Shown: positions 23,993 through 39,179, counted from the stretch's first letter. The stretch is DNA of 64,000 nt from Chrysomallon squamiferum (GCA_012295275.1 CM022668.1:14198001-14262000); one strand, 5' to 3'. Translations and numbers: made by a program. The notes: generated by a model not told the origin, from the letters alone.

Positions 23993-24400
23993 ATGGCACG
24001 TTGTAAACTGTCAGAGGCTACAATGTGGCAGATCAGTGACATAAGAAATGCAGGAATGGCCATCAGCCAAACTGGACGTCAATATGGGTGCAAAGTTTCC
24101 ATCATTTCAAGACTGTTGAACAAACACAGAGCTCCCAATGATGTTAAAGATCGTCCAAGACTTGGCAGACACCGAAAGACAACAATAAGACAGGAAACAG
24201 CATTGTTGAGTCTTGTTAGACGCCTGCCATGTAACACAAGCACATCTTTACGAGTTGTTATCAGGCTGAGTCTTTTCCTACACGACCGTCAGGAATAGGC
24301 TAAAAGCAGCAGGATACTGGGCCAGAAGACACGTCAAGTCTATAAAACTGTCTTCAGGTCACAAAGCCACACAGCTTGTCTGATGTAATCAACGTATTCA
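23993..24400 (+). mobile_element. Tc1/mariner-type transposase remnant (N-terminal HTH region)
   Basis: MARCKLSEATMWQI..ISQTGRQYGCKVSIISRLLNKHR..VKDRPRLGRHRKTTIRQE shows the Tc1 paired-like HTH and a GRPR-like motif. It is frameshifted and truncated before the DDE domain. Confidence 0.75.
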
Positions 24401-26676
24401 CCTGTAAAACGACTGAATTAACTTCTTACCCTATTTGGTCTTTTCACCAAGTTAATAAAATCGCAAAATTCAATTCAGTTAAAGCTGTTTACCACAGAAT
24501 TAGTTTTTGATAGCCGCTTGACGACAAATACTGTACAATACTCGTTGTTGCTTGAGATAAGGGTTGCAAGATGCAGTGCGGTATTGACACGTGCTAGTGC
24601 TTTTAGGCTTCGACAATCTCATTGTGGATCACGTTTAGGAGTAGAAAAAGACCTCTCTCCAGAACAGTTCGTGACGAGAAATGACAAGTAAATACGTAAA
24701 CAAATGTACATGTTTGGAAAAGTTTCATGCATTTCATTTTTGACAATTATGACCAACAGAAAAACTCAGATTCGGTTGACCCCACTGGACCCAGGTCCTG
24801 ATTGTGCCTCAAAATTTCAAATACACCTTCGTATAGTTTATTTTCTATATAGTTTAACGCACACTTAGCGTCTCTCGTATAAATTAATTGACATTTGCAG
24901 TGCTCACAGCATTAACATTTAGCACTAAAAGATGAAAAAAAGCCTTATCAGCTTTAGTGATAACGCAGCGTTGGCAACATAGGTTTAATCCTGAAGAAGC
25001 ATATATTTATTGCTGAGGAAAAAACTATTTCTCTGAAAATAGCAATTTACGATAGGCACATAGTTTCCTGTATCGGTTAACTGCTTTATTAACTGCTTTA
25101 TTGTGTGTCTATCCCTCTATTTCTCTGTCTGCCCATCTGTGTGCCTGAAAACATATCCATATTGACTCTTTAATGATAGTACGTCCGAGCTGTTTTAATG
25201 ATAGTACGTCCGAGCTGTTTTGCTCCTGTTGACATTCGCCAGCGTCCTGTCTTCGTGAACTTTACGCTCTCATTTCGTTCAGCTTATTGCAGTAACATTA
25301 CATATTGAGTAATCGATGAACTAGCAAAGAAAATAATATCATCTTATCACAGAATTTTTAATTAGCATAAAGGAAAGAAACACAGTAAACTAAAAAATAA
25401 CGAAGACTACATATGTTTCTAGCTATGTAAACATTTTTCTCGTTGATTTTTCAACAAACTGATCGAGAATGTTATTAAACTGCAGTTTCCAGAGAACAGA
25501 CGATTCTACATTCATCAGTGCCAAATTACTGAGCTTTTGAGACTGGATCACAGGTAATTCTTAATACGTTTAAGAGCAGAATTAATACTTCTCTCCAGAA
25601 CAGTTTGTATCGAGAAGTGATAACTAAAAACGCAAACAAATCCACACGTTTGGAAAAAGTTCTTGCATTTCATTGTTGACAGTTTTGACTAATTAAAAAA
25701 ACTAAAATTTCAGATAAATTGTACGATAATTTATTTGTTATATAGTTTAATACATCCTTACCGTCTGTCGTATGACTTTCATTTAAAATTTAATTAAGCT
25801 TAAAACGAGTTATTCGACTTATTCGTGTTTTCCCCAAGTTAATAAAATTCCAAAACTGAATTCAGTTAGGACTATTATCAGCATAATTAATTTCTGATTG
25901 CAGCTTGACTAAAAATAAAACAATGCAAAGATCTCTTCATGTAATGCATTATTCTGTATATATAGTTTACTTAATGTTGCTTTATAAAAGATTTGCCACA
26001 CACTTCTGTTCTGATAAAAAAAAAATGTATAGGAACGTGAATAATCCGTGGTGTTCAAATTTTCTATCAGAACATTCCAACTCTAAAATTTTAAGAATTG
26101 TTATTGCAAAGTAAGCCATACGATTAATTCATTTATTAACATTCTTTGGCAATAAAAAAAGTGTTTGTGAAATCAAAAATACATCGGAAGATCAATTTAT
26201 GAACGTCAAGTGTATTTTATTTTAATTACATCAATATTTTCTTAATGTACAAGTGTTTGCGGTGTAACGGATTCGTTGTTCGACTGGTAGAAGGAACTCT
26301 GGGCAGTGCAATGGATGTTACTCTGTTGTATTTGTCGTCAACGGGCTACCAGAAACTAATTTTAAAAACAGATATTAATTTTCCTTGTTTTTATTTATTA
26401 TCTTGTTTCCTTTATTTAAATATTGGTTAAATTATTTATATATTTATTATTCATTATTTTCTCCATTTGTTTATATCAAACTACTTTCAATTAATTTTCC
26501 AACAGCAACACCTCTTTTGTTTAGTTTTTGCTCGCTTCATCTTAGTAGGGCCTCCTTCTCCATAATTATTTTTACAGTTTTATTATTGGAATGTCCTGAT
26601 ATAAAATATGAACACCACCCTTTTTGACGTTCCTAGCACTGAAAAGCAATCCTAGAAATTCATTTTTTCTCAGGAA

Positions 26677-26728
<52 letters not shown>

Positions 26729-28653
26729 GTTGTTGTTGTTGTTGTTGCTGTCTCAGTTTCTAAGTAATTAAATTACTAATGAATTTATGAAACAGAAGGA
26801 GTTCAACCATAATAAAAAGTTCATGTTAAACGTATTGTATTATATACTATATGTGGTTTGTATGCATGTTTATCAGTATGTAGTATGTTTGAAGAAACAT
26901 AAATATCTAATGTTGGTATGAGAACATAACATGTCTGTTACATCATTATGTTAATTTTATTTTAAAACCCACACCGTACACAATAATTCAAACTATTAAT
27001 ATATCTCGTGTCGCACTCAGTTTGCTCGCTGTTATTTTCGTTATACATTACACATGATCAGGTAGTTCATAAAAGCTTTTGACCGATAAACGAAAGTGAG
27101 TTATCAGAAATACGAGTTTTCGGGGAAATACCTTTTCCTCAGGAACGGAGCTGTTTTATCAATACTTATATAAAGCACCAACGAGTACTGTATTTGTAGT
27201 CAAGCGACTATCACAAAGTAATTCTTTGGTGAACAGCTCGAGGTGAATTTAGTTTTGGGATTTTATTGCCTTGGGAAAAGAAGATATGGCTTCGGGTAAG
27301 ATTTTAAAATCTAGTTAAATAGTGAGAAATAATTAATTAATTAATTAAAAGTAATTAGGATCAACAAAATACTTATGTTGATAGAAAAAAGTGTTAGTGG
27401 AATTTGTTTATTTCTTTCCGAATTTTAAATTTTATTTTATTATTTTTATTATATATATATAAAGCTCATAATGAAACATTTGACAATTCATATATGAAAT
27501 CTTTTTTCTCTTTTTCTTTCTCTTAGTGTTAAATGTTAATTCTATGTACACGGCAAACGTTTCATGCGCGTCAGTGAAATTGATAGGAATCCTCTTCATA
27601 CGAGAGACGCCAAGCATGCATTAAACTATATAAAAATAAATTATGAATTAATTTGTGAGAAATTGTATTTTTTTATTTTGTCAAAACTTTTACTAATAAA
27701 ATGCAAGAAATCTTTCCAAACTTGTACATTTGTTTAAGTATTTGCTTATCACTGCTCAATACAAACTCGTCTTTTTCTGCTCTTAAACGCGATCCACTCC
27801 GAAAGGTGAAAATCTCAGTAATTTGGCATTAATGAATGTAGAATACTTTTATTCAGGAAATTATATTTAACAATATTCTCGATCAGTCTGCTGAAAGATT
27901 AACCAGAATAATATTTACGTTCCTAGATACATATGTAGGCCTCTGTATCTTTTTAATTTACAACACAGTAACGGTATTTTGGTGTTGCATTTCTTTATGC
28001 TAATTACAGGTGCTCTGATAAGATGATATTATTCTCTTTATTACTCCATTAATTAATTAATTTGTAATATTATTGCAATAAGTTGAACGAAGGGAGAGTG
28101 TAGAATTCGGGATAGGGGCTTTGGCGAGTGTCAACAGGCAAAAAGAAAGCTCGAAGGCTAAGGGCCGTACATTGGGTTAATATCTTACTGATAATATCTT
28201 ACCAACCCTTCTCTCATGCAACGACGAGTACTGTGCTGTATTTGCTGTCAAGCGGCTCTCAGAAATTAATTCTGTAGTGAGCAGTCTTAACCGACTTCAG
28301 TTTTGGGATTTTATTAACTTGCGGTAAAAACAAAATATGGCTTCGGGTAAGATGGTTGAAATTCAATTGTATTATAATAAACAAATTTATCAATCAATTA
28401 TTTAATTAAAAAAAAAATCAGTAAGTATATTCTTAGAGTAATATATTAGATAAACAGATATTTGCAAGTGGACACGTTATCAAATGTCACTGAATTTATA
28501 AAGAACTAAACAAAATAGTCAGGTCTCATGTAAGAGTCAAACATAAAATCGAGTTTGTTCTTGTAAGCAGATTGGCTTCATGATTATTTTATTTAATTTT
28601 TTTATATATTTTTTTTATTATTATTTAATTTTTTTTTTATTTAGTTATTTATT

Positions 28654-28687
<34 letters not shown>

Positions 28688-29358
28688 CACTATAATAATG
28701 TGTTGTTTTTTTGTGTTTTTTTTTTGCCGTGATGTATTAGGTTTAATACAAACTCATGCAAACAAAACTCATGCAACAGCATGTAACTATTTTGTATTTC
28801 AAAATATATATTCGGAATTACATCCGTTTTTGTTTGTAACTTAATTACTAATCTATTATAGAAAAAAAAAAGGTTTTCATTTCTGTGTAACTGAATTAAT
28901 GACTTATTCTTCAAACAGAGAAAGTTTCATTTCTATGTAACTAAAATACTGATTTTTGAAAGAAAGGGTGTTTGTTTCTAAATATTTAAACCATGTTGTG
29001 TTTTATTTATGGTTTCTATGAACCTGTGTAACGTATTAAGAATTACCTGTGCTCAACTCTGAAAGATGAAAAGCTTAGTAATTTCGCACTAATGACTGTA
29101 GAATCGTTCTTACTGCGGAAATTTAATTTTAACAATATTTTGAATCAGCTTACTGAAATATAAAGCAGAAAGCACTTCATGTACCTAGATTCTATTTAAG
29201 CATAAATAATTTTCCAGTTCATTACTGGTATTTGTACTGTTGCTTTGCTTCATGCTAATTAAAGGTTGTCTGATAAGATGATATTGTTTTCTTTGTTCCT
29301 CTATTAATTACGTCATTTGTGATATTATTGTTATGCATTGTACGAAAGGAGAGCTTGC

Positions 29359-29425
<67 letters not shown>

Positions 29426-31959
29426 GTCTGTCTCTCTCAGTGTTAATTGTGAATGCTATGTAGAAATCAAATGCTCCACGCACTTCACTGAAATTAGATC
29501 ATACTTTGATACGAGATAAGCTGAGGATCCGTTAAACTATATAAAAACATAAATTGTGGGTAAATTTATACACACTATCACAGATGGGCCGAACGACAGA
29601 GGGTAATTTCCCACTCTCAGTATTTCTGTAGGTCAAAACTGTCAAAATTGAAACACAAGAAACGTTTCCAAACATGCATATTTACTTGTCACAAACTGTT
29701 CTGGAGAGAGATCGTTTTCTGCTCTTAAATGTGATCCACACTGAAATATGAGAAACTCAGTAATTTCGCATTAATCCATGTAGAATCGTTTGTGCTCCGG
29801 AATTTAAATTTTAACAATATTCTGTTTGTTGAAAGTTTGACGATAATTTGATTTGTTTTCTTTTATACCTATATACCTATATACCTACTTTTACAATACA
29901 GTACCGGTGTTTGATGTTGCTTTACTTCATGCTAATTAAAGGTTGTCTCAAAATATATAATTTTTTCTTACACCATTAATAGAGTAATTCAGCTTAAAAG
30001 AATTAGCTCTTTGAAAGTTATATCAATAACTGAGTTAGTACTACTTAACCTTCAATGACAAAACTTATCAATTAATCACTATTTGTCTTTTATTGTGTCT
30101 GTACCAACAACAAGGCAGCCATAATATAATAGTATTAATTAGACCTCAACATTTTACAATACGAAATCGTTATTTATTTCCGTATATGGTTATGATTAAT
30201 ATTTTAAATAGAGTAAATAGGAGATACGAGGGAACTTTAGAATATTATATTATTGCACACACTCGCAATCTGTTATTAGTGGAGTAAGATTTTCTGTGCG
30301 AGGGGGAGGGTGAGCTATTTTACTGCGACTTTCTCTTTTTCCTTCTTTTGTAATCTTGCGCCCACGGAACCCACTGAGCGCAAGCACAACACACACAAAC
30401 ACACACAGACACAAACCCACAAACCCACACACACACAAACACAAGAACACAAATAAACACACAAACTAACATTACAAACAAACACACACAGCACCCCTTC
30501 ATTGTCTTATTCTTGGTACTAACACGCTGTTTGTGAGAAATGCTGTGACATCACAACAACTATAGTAAACAGCAAAGATTAGTTTGTTGCATTTGTTGTC
30601 AAGGAGATATGAGAAACTAATTTTGTGTTGAATTGAAATTCGTTTTGTGATTTTCTTACTGTGCGTAAAAGATAATATGTGGATTCAACAAGACGTCTGA
30701 AATTTAATTAAATTTTAAATGATATTTTCAAGAAATAAACAAACTAATTAATTAATCACAATATTCTATATCAAATAAAAATATCTGAAATCGATAAAAA
30801 AAAAAACGTTACTAGCTGAGTTTCCTTTCTTCTCCTTTGTTTCTGTTAGGTTTCTCATAATGAAATACTTCACAACACTTAAATAACATAATTTATCTCT
30901 TAAGTTTTATTTGTCTTTTGCATTAAATTAAAATTACTCTAGGATGTCATTCCATTATAAATAAATGGACTGTTTGCCAAACCTGTTATAAATGAACAAT
31001 AAGTAAAGTATATTCACAGAATAATTTATTAGACAAACAGATCTTTACATGTTGACACGTATCAAATGTCACATATAAGAGAGGTTTATGTTTTTCCTTC
31101 TTAATTTTGAAATTATTAAATTTTTTTTAATTTTTTTTTTTTAAAGTCATAACGAAATATTTTACAAAAGATATATGCAATATTTTCCTTTTTCTCTCTC
31201 AGTGTTAAACGTCGTAAGTATGCACACGGCAAACGCTCCGTGCGCGCCAGTGAAATTAATTTATAGGAATCCTCTTTGATAGAGAGACGCTAAGGGTGAG
31301 TTAATCAACATAAAAAAAAAATAATAAAAAAATAAAAAAAAATAAAAAAAAATGATGGGTCAATTTATGCGAAATTCTGACACATAGTCAGGGTTACTCG
31401 CCCCCCCCCCTCCATCTTAAACTGTTAAAAATTAAATGCAAGAAACGTTTCCAAAAATGTATATTTTTTTTACGTATTTGCTTGTCACTTTTCGATACAA
31501 ACTGTTCTGAAGAGAGGTTGTTTTTTTCTGCTCTGAAACAGCTACCTGTGATCCACTGTGAAAGATGAAAAGCACAGTAATTTGGCATTAATGGATGTAG
31601 AATCATCTGTCCTCTGGAAATTAAATCTTAACAATATTCTGGATCAGTTTGTTGAAACATTAACGAGACAAATGTTTAAGTACCTAGATACCTTTGTAGG
31701 AATATATATGTATATTTAACTTTATAGTACACTACCGATATTTTGATGTGCCTTTGCTTCATGCTAATTAAAGGTTGCCTGATAAGATGCTATCATTTTC
31801 TTTGTTACTCAACTAATTAATTACAAGGAGAGCTGAACATTCGTGCGGAAGTGCGTGCGGGAATGTCGAGAGTCAAGAAAATCTCGAAGCGTAAGGATAA
31901 TACGGCACTGCATCTTGCAGAACTTTATCTCAAGCACCAATGCGCTGTCATCTGAAAAG

Positions 31960-32376
31960 TTGCAATGTTCCAGCGAATTACATCAGACAAGTCGTGCTGC
32001 TTTGTGAGCTGAAGACAGTTTCATACATGTGATGTGTCTACTGTCCCTGTCTCATTCTGCTTTTAGCAGATTACTGACAGTCCTGTAGGAAATGGCTCTC
32101 CCTGGTAACCACTGCTGTTTTAAAGATCTGCGTGTGTCCCTTGAAAGGAGTCTAACAAGACTCAACTATGTTCTGTACTCTTATTGTCGTATTTCGGGAT
32201 TTGCCAGCTCTTGGACAATCTCTAACATTATTGGCAACTCTGTCTTTGTTCAGCTGTCTTGAAATGATTGAAATATTGCGCACATATTGACGTCCAGTTT
32301 GGCTGATGTCCTTTCCTGTATTTCTTATGTCAGTAATCTGCCACATTGTAGCCTCTGACAGTTTACAACGTGCCAT
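31960..32376 (-). mobile_element. Second Tc1/mariner-type transposase remnant, inverted relative to the first
   Basis: MARCKLSEATMWQITDIRNTG..VRDCPRAGKSRNTTIR. It is truncated at about the same point as the 24-kb copy and is followed by related flanking sequence. Confidence 0.75.
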
Positions 32377-32931
32377 GACAGTCGTGTTACTGAATATTCA
32401 GTGCAAACTGACAGGAATGAGTATGACATATAATTATTACAAACCAGATTTCGACAATGACGTTTCACGAGCATTGCTTTTAGTTGTAAGTACATTGAGT
32501 ACCTCCAGGAAAGTCACGTTATTCAGCAAGATGCCACGTCAATACATTATTCAGGAAAATGCGCTCTTTTCTTAATTCACACAATTACAGGTCTGTGAAT
32601 TGGGTATTGCTTAGTTTGTTTCCCTCATGTATAGATAGATAGGTTTGAAGATACATAGGAAGAAAAATGCAAACATTCATTCATACATTTACACAGACAT
32701 TCGCACATAGATAGATGGATATAATTATATACAGAGAAAAACTTACATTTTTTAAAATTTTGTTCTAGATGATGAACAGATTCCAGTTTCTGAATTAAAG
32801 AAGCGTTTTGAACCACAGGTGAGCATCATTAAATCACCACTTTACTTATTTACCAGATTAAACAGGTTTAAAAAATTCATTAATATATGTCTGAAGAAAA
32901 TGCTAAGAATAAGTGGGGTAAATAAGTAAAC

Positions 32932-32991
<60 letters not shown>

Positions 32992-34760
32992 GAATGAATG
33001 AATGAATAACTGTTTAAAAACCCCACCACTTTCAAACAAGAAAATAAATAAAATCTTATATTTATAAACTTATATTACATAATATGTGCAGGTTTGCGTA
33101 CAGACATGTTTATACAAATTCGGTCAAAAACACATATACAGTAATTTTGAAATAAAATTTTGATTTTCGTTTTATATGTTCATTTTACCTTTCTTTTTAA
33201 AAGTCTCAGTCTGCAGCTCCACCACGTACGAAGCCATCAAAACAGGTGGAAGCATCACCAGAACTCCACGAATCACAACAGGTCGAGCCAAAACATTGTT
33301 CAGATTCATCGACGTATGGTATGTGTATCAAAGTTTGTAAATATTGGTCATTCAAGAAACATTCTTCAGTAATATGCAAAATCATTAATACTGTAACGTC
33401 GTCCTCTAGTATAAATTTGGTAACAGTTTTACTACACGCTGTCACTGACGTCGCAGTCCGAGTACTAGAAATATCAGCAGTTGTATTAATTAAACCTGTG
33501 GTTATAGTAATATTAGTAGGACTGGGAGTAGTAGTGGTAGAGATAGTAGAAATAGAAGTGGAAGAGAGAGCAGTTATAATGCTTGTAGAGACAGTGGTAA
33601 TATTAGTTGTAGAGATAGTAATAATAGCAGTTATAGAGAGAGTTTTAAATATTAAATTTTGACGAACTGTCCGGACTGAACGAGCGGGGGTCACCACTAA
33701 TCTGAATTATTCAGCTGGTCAGGCTTAGAAATCATATCCAAGAAACTTTTTCAATCATGTACATTTGTTTACGTATTTACTTATCACTTCTTGATACAAA
33801 CTGTTTTATAAATAAGTCTTTTTCTGCTCTTAAACGTATTAAAAATTATCCGTGATCCAGTCTGAAAGATGAAAAGCTCAGTAATTTCACAAACTAATGA
33901 ATGTTGAGTAGTTTGTACTCGGAAATCAAATAATTAACAATATTCTGAATCAGTTTGTTGAAAAATCAACGAGAAAACTGTTTACGTACCTAGAAACAAA
34001 CGTAGGCTTCTATATTTTTTAATTTACAGTCCAGTAATGGTATTTTTGCTACAGCACTATATCTTACCAAACCTTATATCAAGCAACACTGACTATTGTG
34101 ATCTATTTGTCGTGAAGCGGCGATCAGAAATTAATTCTGAGGCTAGCAGTCGTAACTGAACTGAATTTTAGGATTTTCTTTTCTTGAGGAAAACTCGAAA
34201 TATGGCTCCGGACAAGACGTTTTAACCTTAATTAAATTGCAGTAAATAAAATAATTAAAAGAATAAGTACGCTATACTCACAGAACAATGTATTAGATAA
34301 ACAGATCTTTATACGTTGACACGTATCAAATGTCACATAAGAATATGTTTATAAAGTACTAAACAATGTCTTAACTTCACTTATGCACGATTAATTTTGA
34401 GTCTTCGCTCATATAACAAAAAGAAAGGCGAGATTTGTTCTTTAGGTCTCAACTGAAACAAGTTTCTATTCATAATGGCGTTTGACAACATTTTTATCTA
34501 ATTTTCACCAGATTTACATGACTATTATTTCAATTAAAACTGGTTTTGTTTATTTATTTATTTATTTGTATGTATATTTGTTTGTATGTTGTTATTTTGT
34601 TTATTTGTTTATTTATTTATCTGTATATTTATTTATTCGTTTGTATGTTTGTTTGTCTGTTTTTTTATTTATATGTTTATTTTTGTTAGTTTATTTATTT
34701 ATTTTATTCTATTTTATTCTTATTTCATTCCATTTCTTCTTACATAATATGGATACAATA

Positions 34761-34811
<51 letters not shown>

Positions 34812-35769
34812 GAAGAAGAAGAAGTTGAAGAATAAATAAATTAATTAATTAATTAATTAATAAACAACAAAAAAACAAACATTATAAATAACTTACTTTA
34901 AACCTAAAGGGTAGACATACATATAAATACTATAGATGCACATGTATATACTGTACATAAAGACACATACAAATAGCCTACATTAAACATAACATGTATA
35001 GTTCGATTTAATAAACGATAAAACAAATATGTTACTTGTTGATCCAGATATCGGGAAAGTAGATATGAATGATCGATCGATCGTAACAAGCTGCATTTGG
35101 GGATATACGTTTTCCTCAGGAACTAAGATTTTTTATAAACTCTTAAAAGCAACAGAGAGTACTCTGCTGTATTAGCAGTCAAGCGGCTACCACAAACTAA
35201 TTAGCTGGTGAACAGTCCTAACCGAATTCAATTTTGTGATTTTATTAACTTGGGGAAAAGACGAAATATGGCTTCGAGTGAGACGTTTGAAATTTATTTA
35301 AATTGTAATGAATAAACTAATTAACAAAATTTAATTTTGCATGAAGAAAATACTTAAAGCTGATAAAAAGAGTATTAGTGAAGTTTGTGTTCTTCTTTCT
35401 TACTTTTGAAACATTTTTTTATTTTTACAGAAAGCGGATAATGAAACATTTCACAACACTTAAATGACAAAATTGATCACTTAAATAATGTTTGTACTTG
35501 TTATAAATTAAACTTACTTCATACACGATATAAATGGTTTTTCCACACACACTATAATTAGATATACTATCAGTAGAGAATGTATATACTTACACAGATA
35601 TTCGAAAGATACGTAGTCAGATGACAACGATGATAATAATAATAATTATATAATAGTAGCAACAACATTATAAAGATAGAAATAGTAATTAGATAATAAT
35701 AATAATAATAACAACAACAACAACGACAACTGTGACAAGGTAAAAATAGTGTATTTCGAATTCTTTCAG

Positions 35770-36635
35770 ATTCTTCTGTTACTGACAATGAAATGCGGCT
35801 TGTTTTGATTGGAATTACTGGATCAGGAAAAAGTGCGTCAGGAAATACCATCCTAGGAAAGAAACTTTTTCATTCTATTGCTAGAAGTAAATCCATTACT
35901 AAAACCTGCCAGGTAGAACACAAAACTCGATTTGGTCGTGATCTTGTCATCATTGATACGCCAGGAGCATTCGACACAGAAAGTAAACAAGAAGAGAATA
36001 AGAACGAAATCATCAAATGTATAACGATGAGTGCTCCAGGACCACATGCTTTCATCATGGTTATCAAGACTGGGAGGTTTACTCCAGAAGAACAAAATAC
36101 AATTAAATACTTCGAGAAAGTGTTTGGAAAAGCATTGTTTGATTACCTGTTCTTGCTGTTCACCCGTGTAGAGGATATTGAAAAGGACGGGGAAACTCTG
36201 GAAGACTTTCTAGCTGACCCATCAGAAGATCTAAACAAATTAATCAGTGCATGTGGACGGAGATATGTCGGATTCAACAACGACGAAAAAGATGAGAAAA
36301 AGAAAGAAAAGATGGTTCTTCAACTGATGGACATGATACAAGAAAACGTGGAAAAAAAGCATGGCGAATATTATACATCAGAATTATTGGAAATAGCTGA
36401 TCAAGAAGTACAGAAGATGGCACAGGAAATATTGAAAAAAGAAGAAGAAAAAATGCAAAAGGAGCAGATGTCCGAGCTAAATACAAAAATTGACAAGCTG
36501 GAAGAAGAATTTAGGAGAAAGGCACTAAATGAGGCGAGAGCAATCGCAGGAACAAACCCGACTGTTCTGGAACGTATTGCAGCTTTTCTTTTTCCTTTTT
36601 TAGGATTCGGAGTTTCTTTATTCTTACATCGTTAA
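35770..36635 (+). CDS. AIG1/GIMAP-family GTPase (GTPase IMAP family member-like), main coding exon
   Basis: It carries G1 GITGSGKS, G3 DTPG, the AIG1 conserved box CITMSAPGPHAFIMVI, GRFTPEE, LFTR and GFNN. A Glu/Lys coiled-coil and a hydrophobic tail (IAAFLFPFLGFGVSLFL) follow. The acceptor TTCTTTCAG precedes 35770 and there is an in-frame ATG at 35793. The upstream exon was not identified. Confidence 0.92.
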
Positions 36636-37751
36636 GATGTTGGAGGTAACAAATTAAAACAACAGAAAATAATGTAAGGAAATTTTGTTATTAAAAAAAA
36701 CATAGAACTAACTACTGAACTGACTATTAACTTTGTCATAAATATTGTAAAGGATTCGGTTTTGTGTTTGTCTAAAACAAAATAAAAAGAAATAAACAAT
36801 AATATATATTTTTATTAATCTTTTACATTTTAACATCAGTTTCTTAGATTTTTGTTCATTAGCACTGTAGGTATGTTGTTTTTTTTGCTATAGAACAAAT
36901 GATATTAGAAGAAAATAATTTAAACAGTTTTGATAAACATTTTGTTTTAAGCTAAACTCAATGCATAGGAAGACTGTAATTACTATCAAGCTAATCGGTA
37001 ACAACTTAACCAGCCATCTGACAATGTCGCCATCAGTTAAATATACAACCACATAGAATCCAGCTCCCTCTGTTTCAAAGGTAATTCAGGTAAACAGAAA
37101 AGAATGTTCATCTAGTAAATCTTTTATAGAAAATAACCAAGGAATTGATATAGAATTCATATTATGGTTTTATACGATAACAACATGTATAGTATAGCTG
37201 ACAATTTATACTCTTTACAGTTAACAGTCTTTGCCCAAAATGTAATCATTCTTACTTATAGACAATGGATGTCTCTTTCTTCTTCGGCTTTTTTTTTCTT
37301 CTTTTGTTTTGTTTTCTTTCTTTCTTTCTTTCTTTTTTTCTTTTTTCTTTTTGATACCGTCATTAGCTAGTGTGATTTGTGATTAATGGCCTGCTGTTTA
37401 ATATATATATTAAAGAATGCTTTTTTCCCCAGAACTACATCAGTAATTCATTGATAGAGAAATTAACGGCTTTGTTCATTACTAAGTTATGTAGAAATTA
37501 AAACTATTAATTCTCAATGTTCATTTTGAGGAGAAAATAATTACATAGCACTGCATATGTCTGCATTTGAACTAATCTGTTAGAGGAAATTATAAGACAG
37601 GGGAGATAATCTGAAAAAATGATAATACATATACATAATAAATTAGGAGAACTGTTGTCGAAAAGGCAACGTAAATAATGATGATTTATTGTTAATTTTT
37701 TTATATAAATAAATATATATATTTAATTAATACTCGTTCTTATCTTCTTTC

Positions 37752-37794
<43 letters not shown>

Positions 37795-39179
37795 TTAAAT
37801 TCATTAAATTGTGAACAATAAAGTTAAATATGTCGATATATAAACATAAAGATAATTTGCAACAGAGACAAGAATTTAAAAAAAAAAATCAATTAATGAA
37901 TTAACCAAATATTAATGAATGATTATATAATACGGATATAAATATATTTGAAAGATAATTTTCAAGAAACCAGATGAATTATAAACCACTTTGAAACATG
38001 GCGTATTCTATATTATTTAAGAAATCTGAAACTCATTCGTCGAAACATGAAATGAGAAGGTTTAAATAGTAAAACGAGACTGAAACATCGCTCAAAGAAA
38101 ACGAAAGAGACTAAACTAAGGAGCCGAGGATGACGACATTTTTCAGAAAACTGATTTTATTTCCGCAGTGTTAGATATTATTACAAGAAAAAGAAATCAA
38201 ACTATTAATTGTACAGAAAACTTATTTAAATAGAAATGGCACTTAACAAAAGGAGTAAATCTTAACCATTTATTTTATTTAGGTGTAAAATATTTTAGCT
38301 ACAGTCTAATGGCCGCGAATAACTTCATGAGTCTGAAGACGTTTTATTAATGTCATTAAATGAAAGACTGGATTCACTACTTACAGATGGTTTACTTATT
38401 TTCACAATGGTAAAAACCCAATACACATCTGGATCAAGTATTTTGGACAAATGACTTTCAATCTGTATGGACAAATATCTATAAGGTACAAATGGTAAGA
38501 AAATAATAATTAAAAAAATGGTTGTAACATCACGAAATAATTATAAACATCAAGACGGTAAACTTTATATTGTTTTATTTTAATTCTTGCTAAACATCAT
38601 TTAGGTTCCTTTTTCTTTACGAAACCGTAGTAAGATAAAAATAATGATAAATTATCAGTTATCTATGTATCCAAAGCATTGCAATTTAACTTTGAATTAT
38701 ATATATATATATTTTTTAATTTAGTTTTGTTATTATATTTTTATTATTATTAGTTTGGTTAGTATAGTTATTAATATTTATTTTTTTCATATTTTGGCAT
38801 GATTCATTTTTGTCTTTATGATAAATAATGAAATGAAAGAATAAAAAAACATCATTATTTTTCTCCTTATCTCTTTCACTTTTCACTGCTTCTTTGTGGT
38901 AAATGTTAAAAAAAAAAAATTCATAGATAAGATCATACTGCACATGTTTTAAGTAAATTTAAATAACAATGAATCAGTACCAAGAACAAAAGAAAAACAA
39001 GAGTGAGTATTAATTAAATATATCCATTTATTAGCATCAAATCAATAAAAACAAATAATAATAATAATAATTTATGAAAAAAGTAAAAGAAATTTAAAAA
39101 TTACAATATTTAAGTAATCACAATAATTATCATCATCCAGGTTTAGGACTGCTTCTTCTTCTACAAAGTTTGTTTATTC

